A DNA stretch of 64,000 nucleotides from Candidatus Multivoradales bacterium. GTDB taxonomy: Bacteria; Acidobacteriota; Thermoanaerobaculia; Multivoradales; J023. The translations under genes and the position numbers were made by a program. Below are positions 29,224-38,229 of the stretch, in pieces (position 1 is the stretch's first letter; each line of letters opens with the position of its first letter). The stretch lies in contig CBDFLE010000006.1 of NCBI GenBank assembly GCA_965248925.1, forward strand, positions 3,520,001 to 3,584,000, written 5' to 3'. The notes beneath the pieces were generated by a model, which was given only the letters and a program-made list of their open reading frames with translations, was not told the DNA's origin and did not search any database.

Positions 29224-29805
29224 CTAGCGGCCGAAAACCGGCGCCCAATCGATTTCGAGATCGGGGAAGATCGCCGGGCCGCGCAGGTCGCTGGCTAGCC
29301 CAGTGACCGGCGGCTGGAACCTGTCACCTCTTTCGTCGAGGCGATAGGCGGTGAGGGTCTTCTCGGTCGGGTGAACAACCCAATACTCGCGCACGCCATT
29401 TAGCTCGTAGAGGTCTCGCTTCTGCACCTGATCGCGCACCGAAGTGGCGGGGGAGAGGATCTCGATCACCCAGTCGGGAGCACCGCGACAACCAGCATCG
29501 TCGAGTTTGTCCAGGTCGCAGACCACCACCACATCGGGTTGGACTACTGTATTGATGGCCGGATCGGCCTCGTCGCTTTTCGGTAGGCGAATGTCGAAGG
29601 GTGCTATATAGGCCCGACAGTGGCCATCGAGGACGAAGGTGGCAATCTGGCGGTAGAGTTCGCCTGCCACTTCTTGGTGCCACCGACTAGGCGCTGGACT
29701 CATCAAGAAGGGCACACCATCGATCAGCTCCCAGCGCTCGTCACCCTGCCATAGAACGTAGTCGCCGTAGGTGTATCGGGGGTCGTCGAGACGATTTTCA
29801 AGCAT
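29224..29805 (-). CDS. Uma2/DUF820 family endonuclease-like protein
   Basis: ELIDG...MSPAP, VQPD..VVCD, GAPD.VIEILSP.T and GVREYW motifs. Confidence 0.93.
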   Translation of the reverse strand: MLENRLDDPRYTYGDYVLWQGDERWELIDGVPFLMSPAPSRWHQEVAGELYRQIATFVLDGHCRAYIAPFDIRLPKSDEADPAINTVVQPDVVVVCDLDKLDDAGCRGAPDWVIEILSPATSVRDQVQKRDLYELNGVREYWVVHPTEKTLTAYRLDERGDRFQPPVTGLASDLRGPAIFPDLEIDWAPVFGR

Positions 29806-29830
29806 AGGTGTAAGCCTCCGCGCACCTATT

Positions 29831-30388
29831 CTAGCGCCTGCCGTCTGCCTCGCCCGGATTCTTCCTCGCCGCCCACTGCTGAGCGCTCATCCGGTAGAGC
29901 ACATGGGGTAGCTCTTTGTAGGTGAGCCTGCCCTCGTAGACCATGCCGAGTTTCTTCATCACCCCCTGCGAGGCGAAGTTGTCTTGCAGCGCATAGGCGA
30001 CGATGTCAGCGAAACCGAGCTGCTCGAATCCCCGCAGCAAAAGCTCCTGGCCGATTTCAGTGGCCAAGCCCTGACCCCAGAATTCCGGTAGCAGGGCGTA
30101 GCCGAGTTCGATCTCGGGTATTTCCTGGATCTTGACGTGGCGCAGGGCCGCGCGGCCGGCGAAGGCGCCGTCGCTGCGGCGGCGCAGAATCCATAAGCCG
30201 TGGCCGTGCTCCTGCCAGTGTGCCAGATTGCGCTCGACGTAGGCGCGGCTGATCTGGCGCGTGCGCACGCCGCCGAGGGTGGCCATGATTCGCCCATCGC
30301 TGTCCATGCGCCAGATCTCTGTGGCGTGGACGGCTTGCAAGCGCTCGGCTTGCAGGCGCTGGGTGGTGAAGTTGTCGAGCTGGAGCAT
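29831..30388 (-). CDS. GNAT N-acetyltransferase (RimJ/RimL-like)
   Basis: T.RL, ELGY.L.PEFWGQGLATE and N.AS..VMKKLGM motifs. Confidence 0.9.
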   Translation of the reverse strand: MLQLDNFTTQRLQAERLQAVHATEIWRMDSDGRIMATLGGVRTRQISRAYVERNLAHWQEHGHGLWILRRRSDGAFAGRAALRHVKIQEIPEIELGYALLPEFWGQGLATEIGQELLLRGFEQLGFADIVAYALQDNFASQGVMKKLGMVYEGRLTYKELPHVLYRMSAQQWAARKNPGEADGRR

Positions 30389-30446
30389 CAGTAGGGAGAA
30401 GGGGAGCCGGGACCGTGGGTCGGTCCCGGCGTCGGCCAGAGGTGGG

Positions 30447-33419
30447 CTACCAGAGCAGTCGCACGCCGAGTTGCAGTTGGCGCGGGTCGCCGAGGCCACT
30501 TTGCACGGTGCCGTCGAAGTTGAACACCAGGTTGGTGCTCACCGGGTTGCGCAGGTTGGCGCTGTTGGCCAGGTTGAAGGCCTCGACAATGCCTTCGATC
30601 TCGACCCCGCCGGCTTTGAACAGCTTCGAGATCCGCAGGTCGATGGATGAGAATTTGTTGTCCTTGCGGCCCAGGTTGCGCTGGGTGATGCTGCCGTCGG
30701 TGTTGATGCGGTCTTGAGGTGTATTGGCGATGGTGCCGTTCTCGGTTAGTGACAGGGGCTGGGGTGAGCGGTAGGTGAAACGGGTGTTGACGTTGATCCC
30801 CCACGGCGCCCGCCACATGACCCAGGCGTTGAATCGATCGCTCTGGTCGCGGTCGGAGAAGCCGAACTCGGGCCCCAGGGTGTCGGCGCGGGCGTAGCGG
30901 AAGGAGAAGGGATCACGCTCATTGTCGTCGTCCGACTTGTCTTCCGAGTAGGTGTAGAAGCCCTGGATGGTGAGCTTCTCGGCCCGCTTGGTGAAGCCGA
31001 TGGTGTAGCCCCGGTACTCCGAGCGTGCGGTCGACTCGATGGTGGTCAGGGCGCCGATGCCGTTGAAACCACCCTCTCCCAGGCCGCTGGACCAGGGCGA
31101 GCCGAAGGCCGGATCGTTGCGGTTGATGAACCGGGTCAGGTGGTCGGTGTCGGCGTAGTTGTATTTCAACAGCAGCGACATATCGCTGCCGATCTGCCGC
31201 TCGTAGGTCAGACTGGCGGCGGTGGTGCGCGGGTTTTGGAAGTTCTCGTCGAAGACGAAGACATCGGGGCGGAAGGGATCGCCCACCGAAGCCGCCGGGA
31301 TCAGCTGGTCGTAGGCCGGCGTCGGACCGAGGATGTCGCGCAGCTCACTGTTGCGGAACAGGGTTTGGCCAATGCTGCCGTTGGTCGAGCGGCTCGAAGC
31401 CAACGCCAGGCCGGGGATGCGGGCGTAGTACAAGCCCAACGAGCCGCGCACCACCTGCCGGCCATCGCCCTGCGGATTCCAGGCGAAGGCCAGGCGCGGC
31501 TGCCACATGTCGGTGTCCGAGGGAATCTCGCCGTTAGACGGGAAACGTTGGCCGTTGACCGTCTGGCCGATGAAATCGGCGAAGAACACCTCGCTTGGCG
31601 GGGTCTGCGGATCGGGCTGGATCTGGGCTTCCCAGCGCAGGCCGTAGGTCAGGGTGAAGTTGTTAGTGGCCTGCCAGGTGTCCTGGAAGAACACCGCCGG
31701 CTCTTTCTGGGTGATGGTCTGGGTGCCAGCCTCTTCGACCGACAGGCCGCCGACTCCGGCTTGCTGCAAGTAGAGCAGCACAGGGCCGGTGATCGAGGAG
31801 CCGTTCAGGCAGACGCCGACCTGCGACGAGCTGCCATCGGAACACTCGACGTAGTTGGGATTGGCGATGTAGTTCAAGAAACCATCGGTGGAGCTGAAGA
31901 TGAAGCGACCGTTGGCGAAGCCGATAAAGGTCTGATTAGCCTGAGTCTCGTTGTACTCGACGCCGACTTTGAAGGAATGCTGACCCTTCAGCCACGACAG
32001 GTTGTCGTTGAACTGCCAGCGGGTGTCGAAGTACTCCACCGGGATGAAGAAGGGCATGCCGAAGCGGTATGCACGACCGAAATCGAACGCGGTGTCGGGC
32101 AGCGGTCGATCGGTGCCGGTGAAGGTCGGGCCGGCGTAGGGCCGAGGCCGGTCTTCACGGGCGTACTGATAGCGCAGTTCGTTGAGCAGAGTGCCGGAGA
32201 CGTTGGAGATGAACGAACCGGTCAGGGCGTTCGATTCGGCCTGCTCGACGGCGTTGGCCGAAACCCCCCAGGAGTCGACATTGAAAGTGCCGTTGGCCTG
32301 CTCGGCGTCGGTGAAGACGTAGCGCAAAGTGAGCAGGTTGCTGGAGCCGACATTCCAATCGACCTTGCCGAGAAAGGCCAAGGCGTCGTCGGAGCGGTCG
32401 ATCGGCCCGTTTTCGTTCGGGCTGCCGAGGCCGGCCAGGGCGTCGACCACCCGCTGCTCGATGCGGTTGGGGTCCTTCTGCTTGGTGGTGTCACCCTGCT
32501 GCCAGTCAACGGCAACGAAGAAGAACGTCTTGTCGGTCTTCACCGGGCCGCCGACGGTGAAACCGATCTGCAGCTGTTCGGAGTCGAAGGTGGGTTCGCT
32601 GGATCCGTCAGCGCGCTCGGCGGAGGTCGACAGGGAGTCATTCTTGAAGAATAGGTGGCTGGTGCCCTTGAGGGTGTTGGTGCCCGACTTGGTCACCACG
32701 TTGACGAAGCCCGAGGACGAGCGGCCGAATTCGGCCGGGGCGCCGTCGGTGACCACTACGAACTCTTGCACGGCGTCGATGTTGAAGGTGAACGCCGGCC
32801 GCTGGCCGCCCCGCTGTTCGCCGAAGAATGGGTTGTTGAAGTCGGCGCCATCGACCGAGATGTTGTTCTGGATGCCCTTCTGGCCGTTGATGGTCAGCTC
32901 GTCACCATCCGGCCCCTGGACGATCGAGACCCCCGGCGTGAGCTTGGTGAACTCAAGAAAATTGCGGCCGTTGTTGGGAATGTTCTCGATCGTTTGGCGA
33001 TCAATGCGCAGCGAATCCTCGGTGCGGTTGGTGTCGATCAGCGGCGCCTCGGTGGTGACCACGATCTGCTCTTCAATCGCTGAGATCTTCATCTCCAGGC
33101 TCAGACGGATGGTCCGACCGACGGTCAGCTGGATGCCTTCCTGCACTATCGTGGTGAAGCCGGCGAGGGCCGCGGTCGCTCGGTAGGGCCCGAGGGGAAG
33201 CAGCACGCCGCGGAAACGGCCGCCAGCGTCGGTGATCTTCACCTGCTCGAAATTGGTGGCGGTGTTGAGCAGGGTAATGGTGACACCTGGCAGCACGGCG
33301 CCGGACTCGTCTTGCGCGGTGCCCTCAATGACACCGGTAGTGGCTTGGGATTGGGCGAAAATGCAAGTTGGCACGATCAGCGCGCAAACCAGCCAGAGAA
33401 TCAACAGGCGGGAGTTCAT
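30447..33419 (-). CDS. TonB-dependent receptor, Oar-like, with carboxypeptidase-regulatory N-domain
   Basis: D.SGAVLPGVTIT, P.NGRNF, AEFGRSSSG.VNVVTKSGTN motifs; C-terminal PRQLQLGVRLLW. Confidence 0.93.
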   Translation of the reverse strand: MNSRLLILWLVCALIVPTCIFAQSQATTGVIEGTAQDESGAVLPGVTITLLNTATNFEQVKITDAGGRFRGVLLPLGPYRATAALAGFTTIVQEGIQLTVGRTIRLSLEMKISAIEEQIVVTTEAPLIDTNRTEDSLRIDRQTIENIPNNGRNFLEFTKLTPGVSIVQGPDGDELTINGQKGIQNNISVDGADFNNPFFGEQRGGQRPAFTFNIDAVQEFVVVTDGAPAEFGRSSSGFVNVVTKSGTNTLKGTSHLFFKNDSLSTSAERADGSSEPTFDSEQLQIGFTVGGPVKTDKTFFFVAVDWQQGDTTKQKDPNRIEQRVVDALAGLGSPNENGPIDRSDDALAFLGKVDWNVGSSNLLTLRYVFTDAEQANGTFNVDSWGVSANAVEQAESNALTGSFISNVSGTLLNELRYQYAREDRPRPYAGPTFTGTDRPLPDTAFDFGRAYRFGMPFFIPVEYFDTRWQFNDNLSWLKGQHSFKVGVEYNETQANQTFIGFANGRFIFSSTDGFLNYIANPNYVECSDGSSSQVGVCLNGSSITGPVLLYLQQAGVGGLSVEEAGTQTITQKEPAVFFQDTWQATNNFTLTYGLRWEAQIQPDPQTPPSEVFFADFIGQTVNGQRFPSNGEIPSDTDMWQPRLAFAWNPQGDGRQVVRGSLGLYYARIPGLALASSRSTNGSIGQTLFRNSELRDILGPTPAYDQLIPAASVGDPFRPDVFVFDENFQNPRTTAASLTYERQIGSDMSLLLKYNYADTDHLTRFINRNDPAFGSPWSSGLGEGGFNGIGALTTIESTARSEYRGYTIGFTKRAEKLTIQGFYTYSEDKSDDDNERDPFSFRYARADTLGPEFGFSDRDQSDRFNAWVMWRAPWGINVNTRFTYRSPQPLSLTENGTIANTPQDRINTDGSITQRNLGRKDNKFSSIDLRISKLFKAGGVEIEGIVEAFNLANSANLRNPVSTNLVFNFDGTVQSGLGDPRQLQLGVRLLW

Positions 33420-33624
33420 CAAGCGGCTCTCCTCATTGGGTCCAGATGGTTGGCTGGGCGCGGTGTCCCAGCAGCATGGCAACAGAGTTCTCCCCTGTTC
33501 TAGCAAAAGACAGGGGCTTAAGGAAGGGCTGGGAGGAAACCCTGGAGGTGATAGCGCGGTGGCGAATCGTTGGTTGAGCCGCCTCTTTCCAACCTTGGGA
33601 GATCCGGTTAGCATCTGTCGCCCA

Positions 33625-34584
33625 ATGAATAAGAACATTCTAGTCACTGGCGCTTTAGGCCAGATCGGCACCGAACTGAGCGTCGCTCTCTGTGCTCGCT
33701 ACGGCGCCGAGCGGGTGATCACCTCGGATATTCGCATGCCGCCGGCCGACAACCCGGCTGCCTGCGCCTTCGAGTTGGTCGACTGTACCCGCTCGAGCCA
33801 TCTGCGCGAGGTGGTGCGCAAGCACCGGATTGGCACCATCTACCACCTGGCGTCGCTATTGTCGGCGGTGGCCGAAGACAAGCCCCACGTCGCTTGGGAC
33901 ACCAATCTGGGCGGCCTCTACCGGGTCTTGGAAGTGGCGCGGGAGTATCGCTGCTCGGTGTTTTCCCCCAGCTCGATTGGCGCTTTCGGTCCCGGAACGC
34001 CCCGCCACCTAACCCCCCAAGACACCCTGCAACGGCCCACCACCATGTATGGCGTCACTAAAGTGGCGGGTGAGCTGCTCTGCGACTATTACCATCGGCG
34101 GTTTGGCGTCGATACCCGCGGGGTACGCTTTCCGGGGCTGATCTCCTACGGTGCGCCGCCCGGCGGTGGCACTACCGACTATGCGGTAGAGGTTTTCCAC
34201 GACGCCGTCAGGCACCGCCGCTACCGCTGTTTCCTACGCTCCGATACCCGGCTCGACATGATGTATATGAGCGATGGGATCAAGGCGATAGTCGAATTGA
34301 TGGAAGCGGCTCCCGAGCGTCTTGAGCACCGCAACGCCTTCAACGTCACCGCGATGAACTTCACCCCGGAAGAGCTGGCGGCCGAGATTCGTCGCCACCT
34401 GTCTGATTTCGCCATCACCTATGAGGTCGATCCAGTGCGGCAAGCAATTGCCGATTCCTGGCCGGAGTCGTTGGACGATAGCGCGGCCCGACGCGAATGG
34501 GGTTGGGCGCCAGAATTCGATCTGCCGGCGTTGGTCGTCGACATGCTCGCCCACCTTGGCGACCGTGCCACGGTCTCGTCCTGA
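33625..34584 (+). CDS. tdh: L-threonine 3-dehydrogenase (extended SDR type)
   Basis: TGALGQIG, YGVTK and PGGGTTDYA motifs; adjacent to kbl. Confidence 0.88.
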   Translation: MNKNILVTGALGQIGTELSVALCARYGAERVITSDIRMPPADNPAACAFELVDCTRSSHLREVVRKHRIGTIYHLASLLSAVAEDKPHVAWDTNLGGLYRVLEVAREYRCSVFSPSSIGAFGPGTPRHLTPQDTLQRPTTMYGVTKVAGELLCDYYHRRFGVDTRGVRFPGLISYGAPPGGGTTDYAVEVFHDAVRHRRYRCFLRSDTRLDMMYMSDGIKAIVELMEAAPERLEHRNAFNVTAMNFTPEELAAEIRRHLSDFAITYEVDPVRQAIADSWPESLDDSAARREWGWAPEFDLPALVVDMLAHLGDRATVSS

Positions 34585-34612
34585 AGCGGGCCGCCTGGCC
34601 CAAGGAGAATCC

Positions 34613-35848
34613 ATGCCTCTCGATCGCCTGCACGATGCTCTCGCCGCCGACCTCGAAGCGCGGCGCCACCAAGGAATTCTCAAGGGAGCGGAGGATGTCG
34701 TTGTCGCGGTTGTTGCCGCCGCCGATGGGCGGGGGCCTCGCTACCGCCTGGCGGGGCAGGGCGAGAAATTGTTTCTGAAGATGAACTCCAACAACTATCT
34801 GGGCATGGCCTTGCGACCGCAGGTCATCGCCGCCGAAGAGGAGACCAGTCGGGCCTTTGGCACCGGTCCAGGGGCGGTGCGGTTCATCAGCGGCACCTAT
34901 CGTCAACATGTCGAGCTGGAAGAGCGACTAGCGACCTTCCACGGTCGCCAAGCGGGGATGCTCTTCAGCTCTGCCTATGCCGCCATCGTCGGCACCTTGG
35001 TGCCCTTGATCGACCGCCACACGGCGGTGCTCAGCGACGCGCTGAACCACAGCTGCATCATCACCGCCATGCGCCTGGCGCGGCCTGGATTGAAGAGCAT
35101 CTATCGCCATCTCGACATCGACCAGCTCGACCAGCAGCTGGCCACCGCCGCCGCGACCTGCCGCCGGGCGATCGTTGTCACTGACGGCATTTTCAGCATG
35201 CGCGGTGATCATGCGCCGCTGGGGGAGATTGTCGAACGGGTGCGCCGCCATGACGCCTCATTCGTCGAGGGGGTAGTACTGGTGGTGGACGACTCCCACG
35301 GCGTCGGGGCCTTCGGCGCCACCGGTCGCGGCACCGAGGAATTCACCGCTGCCGAAGGGGTTGATCTGCTGGTGGCCACCCTCGGCAAAGCCCTCGGGGT
35401 CAACGGCGGTTATCTGGTCGGCAGCGCCCAGGTGGTGGAGTTCCTGCGCGAGTCTTCCCCCTTATACATTTATTCCAACCCAATCACCCCGGCCGAGGCC
35501 GCCGCCGCTGCCAAGGCGCTAGAAATCCTCGACAGCTCGCTGGGCCGGCAGTTGTTGGATCACCTGCGGGCGATGACCCAGCGTTTTCTGTCTGGGCTCG
35601 AGCAACTCGGCTACGAGACCTTGGGCGGCGAGCATCCGGTGGTGCCGCTGATGGTTCGCGACACCGCCAAGACCTCGGCCCTGGTGGCTCACCTCAAGGC
35701 CCACGGCATCCTCGCCACCGGTCTCAATTTTCCGGTGGTGCCGAAAGGCGATGAGGAGATCCGTTTCCAGATCTCGGCCGATCATACGGCCGAGGATGTC
35801 GACACTACGCTGGCGGTGCTGGCGTCCTTTCCAGGTCACCAGAGCTAG
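34613..35848 (+). CDS. kbl: 2-amino-3-ketobutyrate CoA ligase (glycine C-acetyltransferase)
   Basis: NNYLG, VRFISGT, DGIFSMRGD, DDSHG and TLGKA (PLP Lys) motifs; AAGGAG RBS. Confidence 0.9.
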   Translation: MPLDRLHDALAADLEARRHQGILKGAEDVVVAVVAAADGRGPRYRLAGQGEKLFLKMNSNNYLGMALRPQVIAAEEETSRAFGTGPGAVRFISGTYRQHVELEERLATFHGRQAGMLFSSAYAAIVGTLVPLIDRHTAVLSDALNHSCIITAMRLARPGLKSIYRHLDIDQLDQQLATAAATCRRAIVVTDGIFSMRGDHAPLGEIVERVRRHDASFVEGVVLVVDDSHGVGAFGATGRGTEEFTAAEGVDLLVATLGKALGVNGGYLVGSAQVVEFLRESSPLYIYSNPITPAEAAAAAKALEILDSSLGRQLLDHLRAMTQRFLSGLEQLGYETLGGEHPVVPLMVRDTAKTSALVAHLKAHGILATGLNFPVVPKGDEEIRFQISADHTAEDVDTTLAVLASFPGHQS

Positions 35849-35967
35849 GCCGCGGCGGCAGGTAGGTGCCGCCTCTGGTGAGTCTGGAGCCCTATTGAGG
35901 TACCCCTTGTTGATTCAGGTGCTTGGACAAGGCTCCGGTCCTTGCGCCTTCCGCGATGTGTGGTCCA

Positions 35968-36753
35968 TCACCCGAGCAAGCGGATCACAGGAGCCATCGG
36001 CATTGAATATCTAGGGTCTTCGTGTTTCGCTGGCCGTACCAGCTCGCGATGTTTCCACTGCGGATAGGTCGTACCATCGTCGCAGTCCTTCAGAGCGCTG
36101 TTCTTAGGCACGACACGGTCCTGAGGGCTGGCAAGACAGTACGTCGACACCTCGTTGTTCCGCGCCAGCTTCCAGTAGCGCGACAGCTGCTGCAGGAATT
36201 GCGAGTCCTTCTTCAGTTGCCTGGTCAGCGTTGAGCTGATGCCAAGAGCCCTGGCTATGCCCGCTGGCTCGGCGCCGTCGTGCGGTGTGCCGATTGAGAC
36301 GATCAGACGAAAGGAGTGAGGCTCGCGCGCGATGCTTTTCAGCAGCACCATCTGGCGGGCCAGCAAGCCGCCCATGCTGTGAGCGATCAAGACGATGTCG
36401 GTGTACCTCTGGTGATAATTGCGATTGTCGAATTCGGTGTTGAGCCAATCTGCCAAGTCGATCAGATTTGCATTGTGTCGTCTGAGGAACGTGGGATAGC
36501 GGGTGGTCAGCACATCGGCGGACTTGAGCGCCGGGTCCAAGCACGCCAGCTCTGGAAAATCCCGCCACGAACTCCGATCCCCATTCCAACCATGGACAAA
36601 GACGATCAGCTTGTGGTTTCCGGGCCGCTCGCATTGGAGCGCCGGAAAAGTCAGGTCCGCCGGCTCGTCGACTGTGGCGCTGTACCAGCCGAGGCTGCCG
36701 AATCCGAAGAAGAGGACAGTGCCCAGGAGAAGCCAACGCTTCCGGCTGCTCAT
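35968..36753 (-). CDS. Alpha/beta hydrolase (PGAP1/DUF676-like) with N-terminal signal anchor
   Basis: VFVHGWNG, AHSMGG nucleophile elbow, GTPHDG, D.VV and C-terminal His. Confidence 0.85.
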   Translation of the reverse strand: MSSRKRWLLLGTVLFFGFGSLGWYSATVDEPADLTFPALQCERPGNHKLIVFVHGWNGDRSSWRDFPELACLDPALKSADVLTTRYPTFLRRHNANLIDLADWLNTEFDNRNYHQRYTDIVLIAHSMGGLLARQMVLLKSIAREPHSFRLIVSIGTPHDGAEPAGIARALGISSTLTRQLKKDSQFLQQLSRYWKLARNNEVSTYCLASPQDRVVPKNSALKDCDDGTTYPQWKHRELVRPAKHEDPRYSMPMAPVIRLLG

Positions 36754-37925
36754 CGTGGTACTCGGTCCTTCCTAGAAGTCGGTTGGGTGTTGCGCAAGGC
36801 CTGCCTACAATTGGCGCCGACTATCTGAACGTCCTGGTCGTCGGAATAGTCAGCAAACAAGCGGTCGAGATGTTTCGCGGCTTCGGCCGACTGCCCTTGC
36901 CGGATCAGCACAACGACCTGCGAGGTTCGCAGGCCGCTGGCGGTATCCGGGTCCAGATCGTCGCCGAGATTCTCATCCAAGAGCCGCCAGGCTTCCTCGT
37001 TTTCCCCTTGGTCTGACAGGGCGAGCGCCAACACACCGTAAACGCGGGCGAGGTCAGGTTCCAGCTCCGCGGAGTCGCGGAACTGCTCCACCGCTTCCTG
37101 GAGCAGTTCGTTGTTGGCCAGGGCGGGGTTCTGCAAGTGTTGTGGGGTGCAAGTCTCCTGATGGGTCAGGCCGGCTTCGAGGTAGGCTCGGGTACGCAGC
37201 GCTTCTCCGAGGTGATATGCGGCGTAGCCGTCCTTCGGAGCGAGTTTGTGCCAGCGGCGATAGGCATCGGTCGCTTCGTCGAGCTCGCCGAGCTCGTGCA
37301 GGGTGACGCCAAGATGTTCCCACGCAGTCACAAAGGACGGTCTCAGCTCGACCGCTAGACGAAAGTGGTGGATGGCATCTTCAGGGGTATTGCGGCGCAA
37401 GGCGACGCCGAGATTCGAATGGGCGATGGCATCGAGCGGGTCGACGCCGATGGCGCTGCGAAGCTTGTCGATGGCGGCGTCGATCTTTCCCTGTTGCAGC
37501 AGAACCGCCCCTAGGCAGCGATAGGTCTTTGACGACCGCTCACCCACCGCGCTAGCTTGCTCGAAAGCCGCCATCGCCCGCTGGGCTTCACCGCGAAAAG
37601 CGTAGTACACCCCGAGATTGGTCAGGGTCTCGGAGTTGTTGGGAGCGAGCGTGAGGGCTTTGTCGAGCAGCAGCTTAGCTCGGCTGAGATCCTCGTCAGA
37701 TGGGCCGCCAGAGGCGGGGTATTCGATCGGACCGAGCGTACCACCCATCAGTCCCCAGGCTTGACTGACGAGATAGAGCACCTCGACTCGGGAGAGGGTC
37801 GAGGCGGGGTCGGATAGGGGTTCGGTTCGGGTCAGTGAATGGGCCAACTTACCGCAGAAGAAACCCAAGGTTGCGACAAAGAAGAGTCCTGTTAGGCACC
37901 ATAACCGATAAGTTTTTTCAGACAT
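36750..37925 (-). CDS. Tetratricopeptide repeat protein with N-terminal TM segment
   Basis: Repeated NLG..Y / LG.VL / A...P TPR patterns; ATGA overlap with the hydrolase gene. Confidence 0.85.
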   Translation of the reverse strand: MSEKTYRLWCLTGLFFVATLGFFCGKLAHSLTRTEPLSDPASTLSRVEVLYLVSQAWGLMGGTLGPIEYPASGGPSDEDLSRAKLLLDKALTLAPNNSETLTNLGVYYAFRGEAQRAMAAFEQASAVGERSSKTYRCLGAVLLQQGKIDAAIDKLRSAIGVDPLDAIAHSNLGVALRRNTPEDAIHHFRLAVELRPSFVTAWEHLGVTLHELGELDEATDAYRRWHKLAPKDGYAAYHLGEALRTRAYLEAGLTHQETCTPQHLQNPALANNELLQEAVEQFRDSAELEPDLARVYGVLALALSDQGENEEAWRLLDENLGDDLDPDTASGLRTSQVVVLIRQGQSAEAAKHLDRLFADYSDDQDVQIVGANCRQALRNTQPTSRKDRVPR

Positions 37926-38229
37926 AGACCGTTGAGTCTAGAAGGTCAAATGACGCCCCTAGCCTTCACCTAGTGAGATTCGAATGTGTCACTACACCAA
38001 ATATGATAACTCCGGATGCTAGCCCTCAGAGCTGGCCGCGTCAAGCTCTTGAATCAAAGAGCAGAGGCCGGAGGGGATTTCCCGGCAGCGCGGTAGAAAC
38101 GCCTGTCGGTGAGTGTTCCGCTGGGGCGCAGCGTTGGCCGTGGAGCACCGCCACAGGTCTAGGACGGTGGCCGGAAGGCTCGGCTGGCTGGTCGGGCGAT
38201 TCGCCAGCCTTGACCCCCTCATCGGCCGC

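Noticed and set aside
31140-32654. 504-aa plus-strand ORF
   Set aside because: Antisense shadow of the TonB-dependent receptor.
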